Below are positions 46,221 through 55,880 of a DNA stretch of 64,000 bases, one piece after another. The DNA is from an uncultured Gemmatimonadales bacterium (GTDB taxonomy: Bacteria > Gemmatimonadota > Gemmatimonadetes > Gemmatimonadales > Gemmatimonadaceae). The number at the start of each line of letters is the position of its first letter. The stretch's first letter is position 1. The notes under the pieces are model-generated. The model saw nothing but the letters and a program-made list of their open reading frames with translations. It was not told the origin of the DNA and did no database searches. The DNA lies in the NCBI GenBank assembly GCA_963793305.1, contig CAWBZV010000002.1:416001-480000 (forward strand), read 5' to 3'. The position numbers and the translations under genes are program-made.

Positions 46221-46493
46221 AAAAGATCGCAAAAGTTAACGGGGCAACGCAGGACTTGACGCCGCGACTCACAACGCCGTTAAGAAGAAGGAAGTCATGG
46301 GTGTTCGGCGCATCGTTACATTCGGACTGAGAGCGCGAGATGGGTCGATATATTCCGCTCGACGGCTCGTGGGGTGCGCCGGCTCACTCGGCGCCAGCCA
46401 ATTTGACACCAACGGTCTGAGCCGCGGAGTGGAGCGCTTTGTGCCGTCCTCTCTGTCGTGAGAATAGATTTCCGCACCCTCCCACTCGAGTAG

Positions 46494-47156
46494 ATGATGT
46501 CCGCATCACCTCGCCGCAGTTTCATTGGCCGCCTCTTCACCGGAGCGGCTAGCCTGGCAGCGGCCGGCGCAACGCCACAGCTCCTCGCCGCGGCAACCGC
46601 CGCCGATCCGGGCGACGATTGGATGAAAGCCCTCACCGCTCCGCACCGCACGGTGTTCGACGTGTCGGCCCACAAGAACGGCAAGCCGCTCGGTCATGCG
46701 AAGAACTTCCTCGACGGGTGGCGCGACGCGTTCAAGACACCCGAGCGCGACGTGAATCTCGTCATGGGTATCCACGGAGAAGCCGCGCCCTTCCTGTTCA
46801 ACGACGCCTTGTGGGAGCGCTACAAGATCGGTCAGCAATACGAGGTGACCGACGGCGAAACCAAAAGCGCCGCGGTACGAAACGTGTTCACCTCCGCCCA
46901 TGCATCCGCAGCCGCGCTCGTCGCGTCGGACCAGACCATCGAGGCCCTACAGCAGCGCGGCGTCCGGTTCGTCATCTGCATGAACACCATCGGCAGCTCA
47001 GCGCGCAAGCTCGCCGCGGCCGGCCTCGGCTCGTACGACGAGATTCATGGCGCCATCATTGCTGGTCTCCTACCAGGAGTCATCACGGTGCCCGCGATCA
47101 CCGTGGCGCTGACGCAACTCCAGGAGCACGGACTGAAATACGAAAAGGTCGAGTAA
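46494..47156 (+). CDS. Tat-exported DsrE-like protein
   Basis: PRRSFIG Tat motif; HRTVFD, LQQRGVRFVICMNT, VITVPA. Confidence 0.78.
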   Translation: MMSASPRRSFIGRLFTGAASLAAAGATPQLLAAATAADPGDDWMKALTAPHRTVFDVSAHKNGKPLGHAKNFLDGWRDAFKTPERDVNLVMGIHGEAAPFLFNDALWERYKIGQQYEVTDGETKSAAVRNVFTSAHASAAALVASDQTIEALQQRGVRFVICMNTIGSSARKLAAAGLGSYDEIHGAIIAGLLPGVITVPAITVALTQLQEHGLKYEKVE

Positions 47157-47194
47157 CAGAGCGTGGACGGTACGACCGGTGACTTCCCAGGCCT

Positions 47195-48121
47195 ATGAGC
47201 GAGACCGACAACCGGGGCAGCGATCCGCTGGCGGGAAGTATCGACCACGAGGCGGAACTCCTCACCCATTCGCCAAAACATTTGCCGCAAGCTGTCGGCA
47301 GATCTCCTAGGCCGAGCCGCGAGGTATACCGGGTCCTGCTAGTTGGAGCTGCTTGGCTGATCGCGGTCATATTCGATCAGTACACGGTTCGATTTCTGGC
47401 CGGTCCACCTACCGCGAGCTTGGACACCCTCAAGGCCCACGGCGCGAGCATGACGCTCGCGCTATCGGCCACTCGCCTCTTCGGTCTCGTTCTCGTTTTG
47501 CTCTTAATCCGGCTCAAGTCCAACACGGAACTCCGCGCGTCGCTTCGACCCGAGCCCTCGCAGGATCACGCGATCCAGATCCCGAAACGCCGAGCTCCAT
47601 TTTTGCGAACCGATGCCCATCGGTTGCCACTATTCGCACGGCTCACGGCAGTCTTCGTGATCACCGCGATCTGCTCCATTCTGCTGAACAACTTCGACGT
47701 GTATCCATTTCCATGGCGGTGGCAATACGACCAAAGCGTTTGGTTCGTCCGAGCGTACGCTGAGACTGGTCATGGGCTGGCTCTCGTGTTCTTCCTACTC
47801 GTGTCCGCGGTTGCATCTCCGATAATCGAAGAAGTCTTTTTTCGATTCGGGTTGCTCCGAGCGATACGGGCCTGGAGCGGGTCGAGCATCGTGGCCGTAC
47901 TGGGTAGTGCGTTGGTGTTCGGCGCTGCGCATCTCGGCTACCCGTTTTGGCGGCCGACGGTAGGAGATATACGTAATGCGTGCGGCGCCGCGGGCCTGGG
48001 CCTCGTTCTAGGGACGGTGGTCGTGCGCTCGAATGGTCGACTCACCGACGCTATCGCGATTCACTCGGCAAACAATCTCTTTGTGGGCGCGATGTTGGCC
48101 TTTACGGCGTTGAACTCCTGA
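47195..48121 (+). CDS. CPBP (CAAX/Abi) intramembrane metalloprotease
   Basis: PIIEEVFFR, FGAAH, AIAIHSANN. Confidence 0.85.
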   Translation: MSETDNRGSDPLAGSIDHEAELLTHSPKHLPQAVGRSPRPSREVYRVLLVGAAWLIAVIFDQYTVRFLAGPPTASLDTLKAHGASMTLALSATRLFGLVLVLLLIRLKSNTELRASLRPEPSQDHAIQIPKRRAPFLRTDAHRLPLFARLTAVFVITAICSILLNNFDVYPFPWRWQYDQSVWFVRAYAETGHGLALVFFLLVSAVASPIIEEVFFRFGLLRAIRAWSGSSIVAVLGSALVFGAAHLGYPFWRPTVGDIRNACGAAGLGLVLGTVVVRSNGRLTDAIAIHSANNLFVGAMLAFTALNS

Positions 48122-48123
48122 GA

Positions 48124-48540
48124 CTAAGACGCGGCATATATCAGTCCGGCACCTACTGCCGCCGCGACAGGAGAAAGGATGCGAATCACGAGAGGCGTAA
48201 GCCGCTTCGTCCACCATGTCCCGTAGGCACCATGCCACCGGATCGGTGCGACCATGATCACCAGCGAGGTTGCAACCAAAATCCAACCTCCAACCTCGAA
48301 GACCACCGGCAGCTTAGAGGCCGGCGCCCGCACGATCAGCGCCACACCGGCTAGCCCGCGCAGTCCCTGCTCAGTGAACTGAAGACGCCAGTTTGAGCGC
48401 TCCAGATTGGCGCTCATCTTCTCGAACAGGTGAAGGCAGTAACGCGGACGCAGGGCCATCAGGAACGCGACACCGACGAGCCAAAGGCCCGCTGCGGCCA
48501 CAACGATCAGAGCGATAACCTGCAAGCTATTCTGACGCAT
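48124..48540 (-). CDS. hypothetical membrane protein
   Basis: Hydrophobic segments from MRQNSL (ATG at 48540). Confidence 0.65.
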   Translation of the reverse strand: MRQNSLQVIALIVVAAAGLWLVGVAFLMALRPRYCLHLFEKMSANLERSNWRLQFTEQGLRGLAGVALIVRAPASKLPVVFEVGGWILVATSLVIMVAPIRWHGAYGTWWTKRLTPLVIRILSPVAAAVGAGLIYAAS

Positions 48541-48546
48541 CGAACC

Positions 48547-48780
48547 AAAAAGAAAACCTCGCCGACGTTGCAACGCCAAGCGAGGCAGAAAGTCTATGGG
48601 CCGAGGAGGAGTTGAACCTCCGACCTCTCGCTTATCAGGCGCGTCTGACTTCCCAGGCAACTTCGGCATCGCGCCGCATTTCCCTTTGATAGCCCGGCAA
48701 TCCGCCGCAGTCCGGGCGACGCGATGTCGGATGTTGCCGAATCAATTTGACACCAGATTTGACACCAACGGGCTCGACCT
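48547..48780 (-). mobile_element. attP-like site A1: hairpin + tRNA-Ile(GAT) 3' half (48597-48641) + tandem TTTGACACCA arm repeats
   Basis: Minus strand reads CGCCTGATAAGCGAGAGGTCGGAGGTTCAACTCCTCCTCGGCCCA; no tRNA 5' half; homologous to 58684-58957. Confidence 0.85.
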
Positions 48781-48795
48781 TATGTTGCAACCGAA

Positions 48796-49104
48796 GTGTC
48801 GAACGCAACTCTCGGCGGGACCTTGAGTATCAGGCGCATCGCAATCGGTGCGACGGTAATCGGCTTCGTCATGCCGATCTTCTGGGTCTTTGCGTCCCTA
48901 GCATTGATGGGACCCAAGGCATGGTGGACCGACCTGTACTGGACGGTCGTTCACATTACTTGTCCATTCGGGTTGACCGACGGTAGCGGCTGGGGCAACG
49001 CGCTAGAGAAGTCATTCCTGAACGCACTGTTGTATGGAGCGGCGGTCGGCCTATTAGCGGGTTTTTGGAAACAACTCCATGCCGAATCTCGACGTGGTGA
49101 CTAA
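48796..49104 (+). CDS. small membrane protein
   Basis: Hydrophobic helices; ORF track. Confidence 0.5.
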   Translation: MSNATLGGTLSIRRIAIGATVIGFVMPIFWVFASLALMGPKAWWTDLYWTVVHITCPFGLTDGSGWGNALEKSFLNALLYGAAVGLLAGFWKQLHAESRRGD

Positions 49105-49301
49105 CCGTCGGCTAGCTATTCGGCGGCGCATAGGCTGACGCCAACGTCGGCCCGAATTCTCGCGAACCAACGAATTCGAACCGTCTGCCTGAACCCATGC
49201 GGGCAGGGGAAACGACATTCTCGTGAGTGGAACACTAGAATGCGCGTATAGTTCGCTGGGTTGCACTCTGTAGTCGGCGCGTACCCGCCCAGGGGGATGA
49301 A

Positions 49302-49913
49302 ATGTCCATGTGCTTGCCGATTGTTGGGTTCTGGAGTCTGGTGTTGCTTGTGAGTCTCATTGCGTCGGGCGCGAGTGGGCAACCTGCCAAGGCGCCGCAG
49401 GCTTATTCCGTCACGGAAGTGAACGCCATGTTCGGCGCGACCATGACCTTGAAGATCGATCGCGACGGTGACAAGGCGGTCGTGGACGAGACTGTACCCT
49501 CGCGCTCCGCCGGATCGCCGGGCATCCATACGCACAGCTACTACGATATCAAGAATCACCGGAGCTATTCGGTGGACCTGAACTTTGCCAAGACCAATTG
49601 CAGCACCGGAACCTTCGACGACAACTGGTTCGATCCTTTTGAGATGTCGGAGACACTGATGCGCAGCTTTGGAAATGCACAGCAGGTCGGTACCCAGGCC
49701 GTCAACGGCTTCGCCACTAAAGTGATGGAGTCGGGTGCCGCGGGGCCCGAACACAAGAAGGTTTGGTTGGATACGACCTCCGGCCTCATCATCAAGGCAG
49801 AGGTTGGCGCGAAGACGATCATCGAAGTCAAAGAGGTCAGCCTGGCCAAACCGCCGGACTCACTCTTCGCTGTCCCGGCAGCGTGCGCCGCCGCGCCATC
49901 CCCGCCTTCATAA
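49302..49913 (+). CDS. secreted hypothetical protein (DUF4412-like)
   Basis: Signal peptide; VGTQAVNGF, KVWLD, PPDSLFAVP. Confidence 0.65.
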   Translation: MSMCLPIVGFWSLVLLVSLIASGASGQPAKAPQAYSVTEVNAMFGATMTLKIDRDGDKAVVDETVPSRSAGSPGIHTHSYYDIKNHRSYSVDLNFAKTNCSTGTFDDNWFDPFEMSETLMRSFGNAQQVGTQAVNGFATKVMESGAAGPEHKKVWLDTTSGLIIKAEVGAKTIIEVKEVSLAKPPDSLFAVPAACAAAPSPPS

Positions 49914-50087
49914 GAACCCTAGCAATTCGCGGCGGAAACGCACCTGTGCTGACGCTTCTCCTCGTGACAGCGTTGCTGGTAGTCCCGTGGGATACACCAA
50001 AAACGCTCCTCGCCGTCATAAGCGAGGATCGGAACCAGTTCCAGCCGACGATCGACTACCCGCGCGAATGATTATCCTCGCGCCGCG

Positions 50088-51179
50088 CTAGCGGGAGTCG
50101 AACACGTCAGCCCCGAGCGCGCGGAGCTCTGGCTCGGCCGCATAACCCAAATGCACCAGGCCCAGCATGTCTTCGACGGACCGCAGGAGCGCGTAGTGAT
50201 TGTAAGGCCGTAACGAGACCGTGCCGGGACGGATGAAGGGTGACAGCATCACGGCCCCCACGCGTCCGCCACCAGGCCCCACGCCGCCCGGTTGTCGCGG
50301 CTGACCCGGTAGCGGTCGCTCGCCGCAACAGGCCGTCGAGTCCTCGGCCAACGGTCCGTCGGCCTCATCGAACGTGACGATCAACAACCCATCAGCCTTG
50401 AACGCCGGTGACGACGTGATCGTCGGGACCCATCGCCGCAAGAATCGGTCGACCGCGGCGAGTCCACCCGGCGTGCCGTCGAGGCACGTCCGATCGTGGC
50501 CATCGTTACACACGTTGGGTGCAATGAACACGTAGTTCGGAGTCGCCTCGGCGCTCGCCAGATCGGCGGCCAATCGGTCGAGGCTCACGACTCGTTCCGC
50601 ACAGCGCGCGGGGGCGTCGATGATCGAATGGAAGTAGTAGAAGGGGTTGTGCCACGCGACGTACTGGTCGCGCACGGACGGCGGCGCTGTCTCGGTTGGA
50701 TCGGGCGCGCCGATCGCCGGGTGGGCGCAACCGCGGCCCTCACGCGCCGGATCGTTCCCCAGATCCTCGACGTAGGCGCGCCAACGCAGGCCCGCGGAGT
50801 CGATCTGGTCTCCGATGGTTCGCACCATCGCTGGATAGATGCAGCCGGCGCCGAGGGCTTGCCCGTGCGCGTCGAGCCGCGGGCTCGCGAGCTGGAACTC
50901 CGAGTACGTGACGCAATCGAGCTGCGTCTGCTCGTTCGGTGCTTGTCCACTCACCAGCGCGACGTAGTTGTCGAGGCTCATGTGCCCGATGCCGTAGTAG
51001 TTCCGGAGCAGCGCGCCACGCTTCGGCAACGTGCGCGCCAAATACGGCGCCGGCGTCCGGCGGCCGAACGTGACGCGGTACGCTTGATTCTCGAGGACGA
51101 CGAGGAAGATATGCCGGATCTTCGGCGGAGCCGGCGTCAACGATGCGAGCAGCAAGCCCGCTCGGAACACTGGGAGCAT
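50088..51179 (-). CDS. phosphoesterase (acid phosphatase/phospholipase C-like)
   Basis: HIFLVVLENQ, SLDNYVAL, WHNPF, PNVCNDGHD, IVTFDE, YNHYALLRSVED. Confidence 0.88.
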   Translation of the reverse strand: MLPVFRAGLLLASLTPAPPKIRHIFLVVLENQAYRVTFGRRTPAPYLARTLPKRGALLRNYYGIGHMSLDNYVALVSGQAPNEQTQLDCVTYSEFQLASPRLDAHGQALGAGCIYPAMVRTIGDQIDSAGLRWRAYVEDLGNDPAREGRGCAHPAIGAPDPTETAPPSVRDQYVAWHNPFYYFHSIIDAPARCAERVVSLDRLAADLASAEATPNYVFIAPNVCNDGHDRTCLDGTPGGLAAVDRFLRRWVPTITSSPAFKADGLLIVTFDEADGPLAEDSTACCGERPLPGQPRQPGGVGPGGGRVGAVMLSPFIRPGTVSLRPYNHYALLRSVEDMLGLVHLGYAAEPELRALGADVFDSR

Positions 51180-51477
51180 TGGGCATTTTACCGATGCGGG
51201 TCCATATTCGGTAGCGTGTACTCGACCTGCCAATGCGTGACGGCAACAACCATCGGACGTCGCAGTCGCGACCGGGGGACACGATCAGCCGCGCTGGGTT
51301 CATCCACTAAGTCTTCGGCTTGGTGTGCTGGTTCGTTCTCGTGTTCGCGACCTACCTCATCATTCGCCCGATCACGCCCGCATCTTCACGACGACTCGCC
51401 GGCCAAGCAATAGGCCGACGTACGTCGCGACCGTGCCGCGCCTCCGCTACGGGATGATCGCGACGGTCGGTAGCTGA

Positions 51478-51643
51478 GGACGCGGGATTTGAACCCGCGA
51501 CCCCCTGAACCCCATTCGGTTCTCGGGTACGGTATCAACTACCTAGGATGGCGCCGTTCAGAGGGAAAACCGGGCGTCGGGCCCGATCTTCAACGCCGAA
51601 ATGTCGGTGGTTGCCGGCGGAAACGGGCCCCCAAACGGGCCCC
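51478..51643 (-). mobile_element. att-like site B1: tRNA-Pro(GGG) 3' fragment + arm ending in tandem AAACGGGCCCC
   Basis: 51482-51643 reads identical to 62099-62260 (162 bp); IHF-like TATCAACTACCTA inside. Confidence 0.87.
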
Positions 51644-51712
51644 GGCTGTTGCTGTCCGTTGGTTCGACGCGCACCGCCGGACTGGCCGAAACTCCTTAAT
51701 CGAAGCAATTAG

Positions 51713-52678
51713 CTAAGCGATACCTAGTCTGCGAGTTGCTCGCACGAGGTTATCGTAGGCATCGGCGACGGCTGTCGCCGATTCATTTAGCTCTCTTTGG
51801 GCTTTCTCAAACCGCGCGGGATTAGTCTCGCTCCACTCTGGCGGCACGCCAAGACTCCCCGCCCCGCCGAGCGCAAAGGTATGCTGTACGACGAAAGCGA
51901 CGAAGGTGCGGAGCTTCTGGCGCATTGTGACGCGCAGAGCTTCTAGCGCTGGGTCGAGAAATTCATAATCTGCGCCGATGGCGGTCTCGTTGTAGCTAAC
52001 TAGGTCGCCGAGAATGTCCCGGATAAAGGAATTTCCGTAGTCCTGAACTCGGAGTGCAAACTTACTGTTCTCGGTTGCAAAAACCGCCCTAATGTGCTGC
52101 ATCACCAGCCCATCACCTTTAAGATTGGCCTCGGCTACCTGTACCTCTGGGTATTGCGGAGGAACAGCGCCTGCTGCTTGCTTTTCTTGCCGCGGCAGAG
52201 GACCGACCTCGTCTATCGCCTCGGCAATCTTGCTGCACGCCGTCGACACCGCGGCGACCCAGTTGTCGTCCCTTCTGCTAGCGTCGTATTCGATCAGGGT
52301 CAAGCCGGCCACGTCCGTAGGCAGGTGAAGGTCAGCAGCGCCACGCGGTTTTACGATGAGTGCCCGCTTTCGGCCGAGGGCCCCAACGAACATGCCGAGC
52401 TCGATCAGTACATTGTCTCGCGTAATCCTGTGATCTTCGCCGCGGATCTTCGCCGAGTCATCAGGAGTGAAGAGAAATACGCCAAAGTCAGAGACTCCCA
52501 GCTGACTCTCAAGCGACTCGAGTGTGTACCACGAGGGCTTAAACACATCCTGGTCCCAGACGGTCACCTCCGCAATTCGCTCCAATCTAGAGTGAATTGC
52601 GTTGGCGATCTTCAGAGCCTCAGAGGCCGACGCAACGAATACCTTGGGCCGAGCCGTGGCTTTGGCCGATTGTTCCAC
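51713..52678 (-). CDS. TIR-domain nucleotide-binding protein (Cap12/PycTIR-like N-terminal TIR, unknown C-terminus)
   Basis: KVFVASASE, DFGVFLFTPDD, RDNVLIELGMF, LPTDVAG. Confidence 0.87.
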   Translation of the reverse strand: MEQSAKATARPKVFVASASEALKIANAIHSRLERIAEVTVWDQDVFKPSWYTLESLESQLGVSDFGVFLFTPDDSAKIRGEDHRITRDNVLIELGMFVGALGRKRALIVKPRGAADLHLPTDVAGLTLIEYDASRRDDNWVAAVSTACSKIAEAIDEVGPLPRQEKQAAGAVPPQYPEVQVAEANLKGDGLVMQHIRAVFATENSKFALRVQDYGNSFIRDILGDLVSYNETAIGADYEFLDPALEALRVTMRQKLRTFVAFVVQHTFALGGAGSLGVPPEWSETNPARFEKAQRELNESATAVADAYDNLVRATRRLGIA

Positions 52679-52811
52679 TATTCAGGAAAAACGGGTGCGG
52701 GTGCGAAGGTCACGATGTGACCGTCAAGACGTAGCCTATGCCAGTTGCATCGTTGGTCACAACAGCATCGTTTTCGAGAGAGCCCTGGAGCGCCGTGCCA
52801 GCAGACCCGAA

Positions 52812-53045
52812 CTACGCACGTACTTTGTGCGCCTGCGCCTTCACTAATTGAGCTAGTACGCGCAGCGCTGCATTCACACTCTCCGGCGTGTGAAACACTT
52901 CAGCAACGTCATCGTCGAGCCGTACGACGTTGGTGCCGGCTGCGAACTGAGCGGCATGCTTTCCCCTCACCCCGCCCCGGAAGTCATAGTGGTCCCGCGT
53001 TTCGTCGCCTGGCGGCGTGGCCGCCTTTTTAGCGTCCTTCTTCAT
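52812..53045 (-). CDS. BrnA-like antitoxin
   Basis: YDFRGGVRGK, VRLDDDVAEVF, VNAALR; overlaps toxin gene. Confidence 0.8.
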   Translation of the reverse strand: MKKDAKKAATPPGDETRDHYDFRGGVRGKHAAQFAAGTNVVRLDDDVAEVFHTPESVNAALRVLAQLVKAQAHKVRA

Positions 53046-53322
53046 AGACTCTCCGTTCGTCCGGATCCGGCGTCCGTGCACTAATGATGCGAACTACGGT
53101 TGCCTGCTGCCCCTCTGTCTCCGTGTAAACTACCACGAGCAGACGCCCGGTGCTGGACCGCCCGATGTCGACCCAACGCGACTCGCCAATCGAGTGCCCT
53201 GAATCGGGAATGGTCAACGAGAGGGGGTCGCTCAGGACAGTCGCGGCTTCCACAAACGTGACGCGATGCTTGCGGACGTTCTCGGAGGCCTTCTCTGGGT
53301 TCCAAGCGAAGCGCAAGTCCAC
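53029..53322 (-). CDS. brnT: BrnT family toxin
   Basis: FAWNPEKASENVRKHRVTFVEA, IGRSSTGRLLVVVYTE, RIISAR. Confidence 0.9.
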   Translation of the reverse strand: MDLRFAWNPEKASENVRKHRVTFVEAATVLSDPLSLTIPDSGHSIGESRWVDIGRSSTGRLLVVVYTETEGQQATVVRIISARTPDPDERRVYEEGR

Positions 53323-53435
53323 GCGCCAATATAGCCCGCCTCAAGGTCGAAGCGACGGGCGGTATTACACGTGCGAAGCCGGACGCCTGGTCATTAGGTG
53401 TTACTCGACTAGGACAGCCGGATTCCATGCCGCGA

Positions 53436-54530
53436 CTACGTGAGATCTTCGAAGGTCATAGGGCCACCGATCCGGTATTGCACGCCCCATTCGTCCGGGT
53501 ATGGCCGTCCCATAAACGACGCAGAGGTCGTCCAGGCTTCCCGCGCCGCCTGCGTCTGGACGTCAAAAAACCAGCCAGGGCGGCGGATCACGTGGCTGAG
53601 GTCCCACTCCCACGTCACATAGCGCCCCGCGGTGTACTCGGACACAGTTGGGAATACCTGGACGCTCAGGCGATTCCCTTCGTTGTCCAGCTGGTCGAGC
53701 ATCACTGCTCCGCTATCGAGGAGAGAAGTCATGGTATTGTCGCTATATACAGCCACCCGGCCCATCGCAACTCTCACGTAATTGCGCTTTATCTCGCGGA
53801 GTTTGAGCAGAGTGTCTAGCCCGAGATCCGACGCGGAGACGGCGACGCGGCGAACAACACTTGCCCCATGAACGAGTGCGTTGCGGTTCTCCAGCACGAC
53901 ACGGACTGCCCGCTGAAGATCGCTAGGGATGACGCTCTTCGATGCCAGGACAATCGATAGGTCGGTGGCACTGTAACTACTCCAGGCACGGCCGGGAGGC
54001 AGATACCCGCCATTCCCCGCGATTATTATCAGCTCGATGCGAATTTGCTCCGCCGCCCAGAGCAGCCGCTCTGCCTTATCAACAGGCGGTGTCAGATCGG
54101 AAACCTCGGAGAACTGCGCGGTCGAGCCGCTGGCACTCGCGTCTTGATTGGGCGAGCTAAAGGTGCCCGACCCTGCGAACACGCCCTGCGGCGGCGATGG
54201 CGTCAGTACCCGGACGTCCTCTGCTCTGACGCTACCGAGATCTTCTTTCGCCCTCTCGATCTCGCGCCTGCGGCTTGCACTAACGCCGAATGCCTCGATC
54301 TTGTCGATATCAAGCTTATCGAGGTCTACCAAGAGGAGTGCAGCCGCGACGCCGAGTAGTCCCAACGACGTCCCATCGATCGCGAGAGCCGGCCAGACGA
54401 CGTGTGCCACTGCGAGCAGCGTCGCGACAATAACGACTACCAGTTTGACCCACCGACGCTGACGACGGTTGATGAGGGCGCTATCGAATTCGGCATCCTG
54501 CGATGGAGGGTCTTTCGCTTCAGAAGCCAC
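53436..54530 (-). CDS. hypothetical membrane-anchored protein
   Basis: Two N-terminal TM helices; soluble region with RNALVH (HEPN-like Rx4H). Confidence 0.65.
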   Translation of the reverse strand: MASEAKDPPSQDAEFDSALINRRQRRWVKLVVVIVATLLAVAHVVWPALAIDGTSLGLLGVAAALLLVDLDKLDIDKIEAFGVSASRRREIERAKEDLGSVRAEDVRVLTPSPPQGVFAGSGTFSSPNQDASASGSTAQFSEVSDLTPPVDKAERLLWAAEQIRIELIIIAGNGGYLPPGRAWSSYSATDLSIVLASKSVIPSDLQRAVRVVLENRNALVHGASVVRRVAVSASDLGLDTLLKLREIKRNYVRVAMGRVAVYSDNTMTSLLDSGAVMLDQLDNEGNRLSVQVFPTVSEYTAGRYVTWEWDLSHVIRRPGWFFDVQTQAAREAWTTSASFMGRPYPDEWGVQYRIGGPMTFEDLT

Positions 54531-54550
54531 GATGGGATTGCTCAGTTACT

Positions 54551-54730
54551 ATGCGTGAAGACCTGCGTCTCCGTTACGCCACTGAGGTCCGCAAGGACCT
54601 TGCGCACCTGGGCGGCTGGAAGGATCCCGCAACGATCCTGAAGTGCTATCGGAAGCCAGACGAAGCGACGCAACGCGCCGCGTGGGGGCAGCGGCAAACG
54701 CCGCGCACTAGTGAGCTCGCACCGCGCTAG
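54551..54730 (+). pseudogene. tyrosine recombinase C-terminal remnant
   Basis: LRLRYATE...KDLAHLGGWKDPATILKCY (box II with catalytic Tyr); ends immediately before att site A2. Confidence 0.78.
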
Positions 54731-54846
54731 CAATTTGACACTAACGCCCCGAGCGGCGCAAGAAGAAACCTCGCCCGACGTTGCAACGCCAAACGAGGTT
54801 CGAGTTTTCGAGTATGGGCGAACCTCCGACCTCTCGCTTATCAGGC
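54731..54846 (-). mobile_element. degenerate att site A2: arm site + hairpin + tRNA-Ile fragment with 12-nt deletion
   Basis: aatttgacactaacg; hairpin nearly the same as in A1; tatgggc[del cgaggaggagtt]gaacctccgacctctcgcttatcaggc. Confidence 0.82.
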
Positions 54847-54990
54847 TGGAGTCGAGCGCTGAGGACCGCCGAAGACCATTGGAGTTCGGATGCGGCCCGG
54901 ATCTCCACGTCCGTGTTCAACTGAGAGCCGTAGTGATCGCTGGCACTGCCTCTGACACTGTTCGGCAACGCAAAAGCGTTGCTGACTGGA

Positions 54991-55443
54991 TCAAGTCGGC
55001 GGAGGATCTCCCGGCCCGATTGCCGCTGGACCAGGCGCGGGATTGAGCCGTATCGAATCCGCGTCACTCGCTGATCCCACAATGCTACCAGTCGGAAACG
55101 GCAATGGCCTCCGGTATTGCACGGCGATCTCTGTCAGTCGGTCCAATACGGGACCATCCAACATCGCATTGTCAAGTTGGATGTTCACCAGGGCGAACTT
55201 GTCTGCGGATATACTAACAGACGGCAGCACCTGGGTGCGCTCGGGCCCGTGGTGCCAGTATCGGCGGCACGCTGTAATCAGCACGCCCGCAAAAAGCGTG
55301 GCGCCAGTGTAAACGAGCACTGGATAGTCGGGCCGGCCAAGCCACGCCATGACAAGGGATCCAGCCGCGAGGACTCCGAGCAGGACGTGATTCGAAAGAA
55401 CGCCACCCGTCAACCTTAGCTTCACCCAGTCAAGGCTACCCAA
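54991..55443 (-). CDS. hypothetical two-TM protein
   Basis: Two hydrophobic helices; overlaps upstream ORF stop. Confidence 0.55.
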   Translation of the reverse strand: MGSLDWVKLRLTGGVLSNHVLLGVLAAGSLVMAWLGRPDYPVLVYTGATLFAGVLITACRRYWHHGPERTQVLPSVSISADKFALVNIQLDNAMLDGPVLDRLTEIAVQYRRPLPFPTGSIVGSASDADSIRLNPAPGPAAIGPGDPPPT

Positions 55444-55801
55444 TTGTCACCAACCCGTCTGGAGAGAAGTTGGGGTTGAAGACTGCAAACTGACTCAGGC
55501 CGTAGAAAGTGTGGAAGGCCTTGAGCACGCGTAGGGCGGGGTCGCCAAAGAAGAGCGCGCAGCCGACTATGCGGCACGCGTTGAAGGCGAACAACCCAGT
55601 GTTAGTGTAGAGATGGCAGCCCTCGAAGCAACAGTTCGTAAATGAGTAACCATTTAGCTCGATCTTGACGTTCTTGTAATACTGGTTACGTACATTGCCA
55701 CCGCCTTGCGCTCGGAGTTTCGATCCCAGGGTACTTGGCCCAGTAGGGGACAACGAGGGCATAAGGTGCGCTAGTTTGGGATCTTCCGGCGGATAAGCCA
55801 T
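55436..55801 (-). CDS. hypothetical protein with short beta-helix-like stretch
   Basis: YKNVKIELNGYSFTNCCFEGCHL...FNACRIVGC; alternative GTG start at 55894. Confidence 0.6.
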   Translation of the reverse strand: MAYPPEDPKLAHLMPSLSPTGPSTLGSKLRAQGGGNVRNQYYKNVKIELNGYSFTNCCFEGCHLYTNTGLFAFNACRIVGCALFFGDPALRVLKAFHTFYGLSQFAVFNPNFSPDGLVTIG

Positions 55802-55880
55802 GAACTTCAGTCCTTGCAGAGATTTGTTGGGGATGGGCCCGCTCACCGCTCCGAGTGCGGATCGTACGCGAGGGCGGCCG

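Noticed and set aside
47180..47192. 13-bp match tgacttcccaggc to 48646-48658 in the A1 arm
   Set aside because: Too short to call an att remnant. It could be a junction scar but could also be chance.
51233..51460. Short membrane ORF interrupted by TAA before att B1
   Set aside because: Too short and featureless to support even as a pseudogene.
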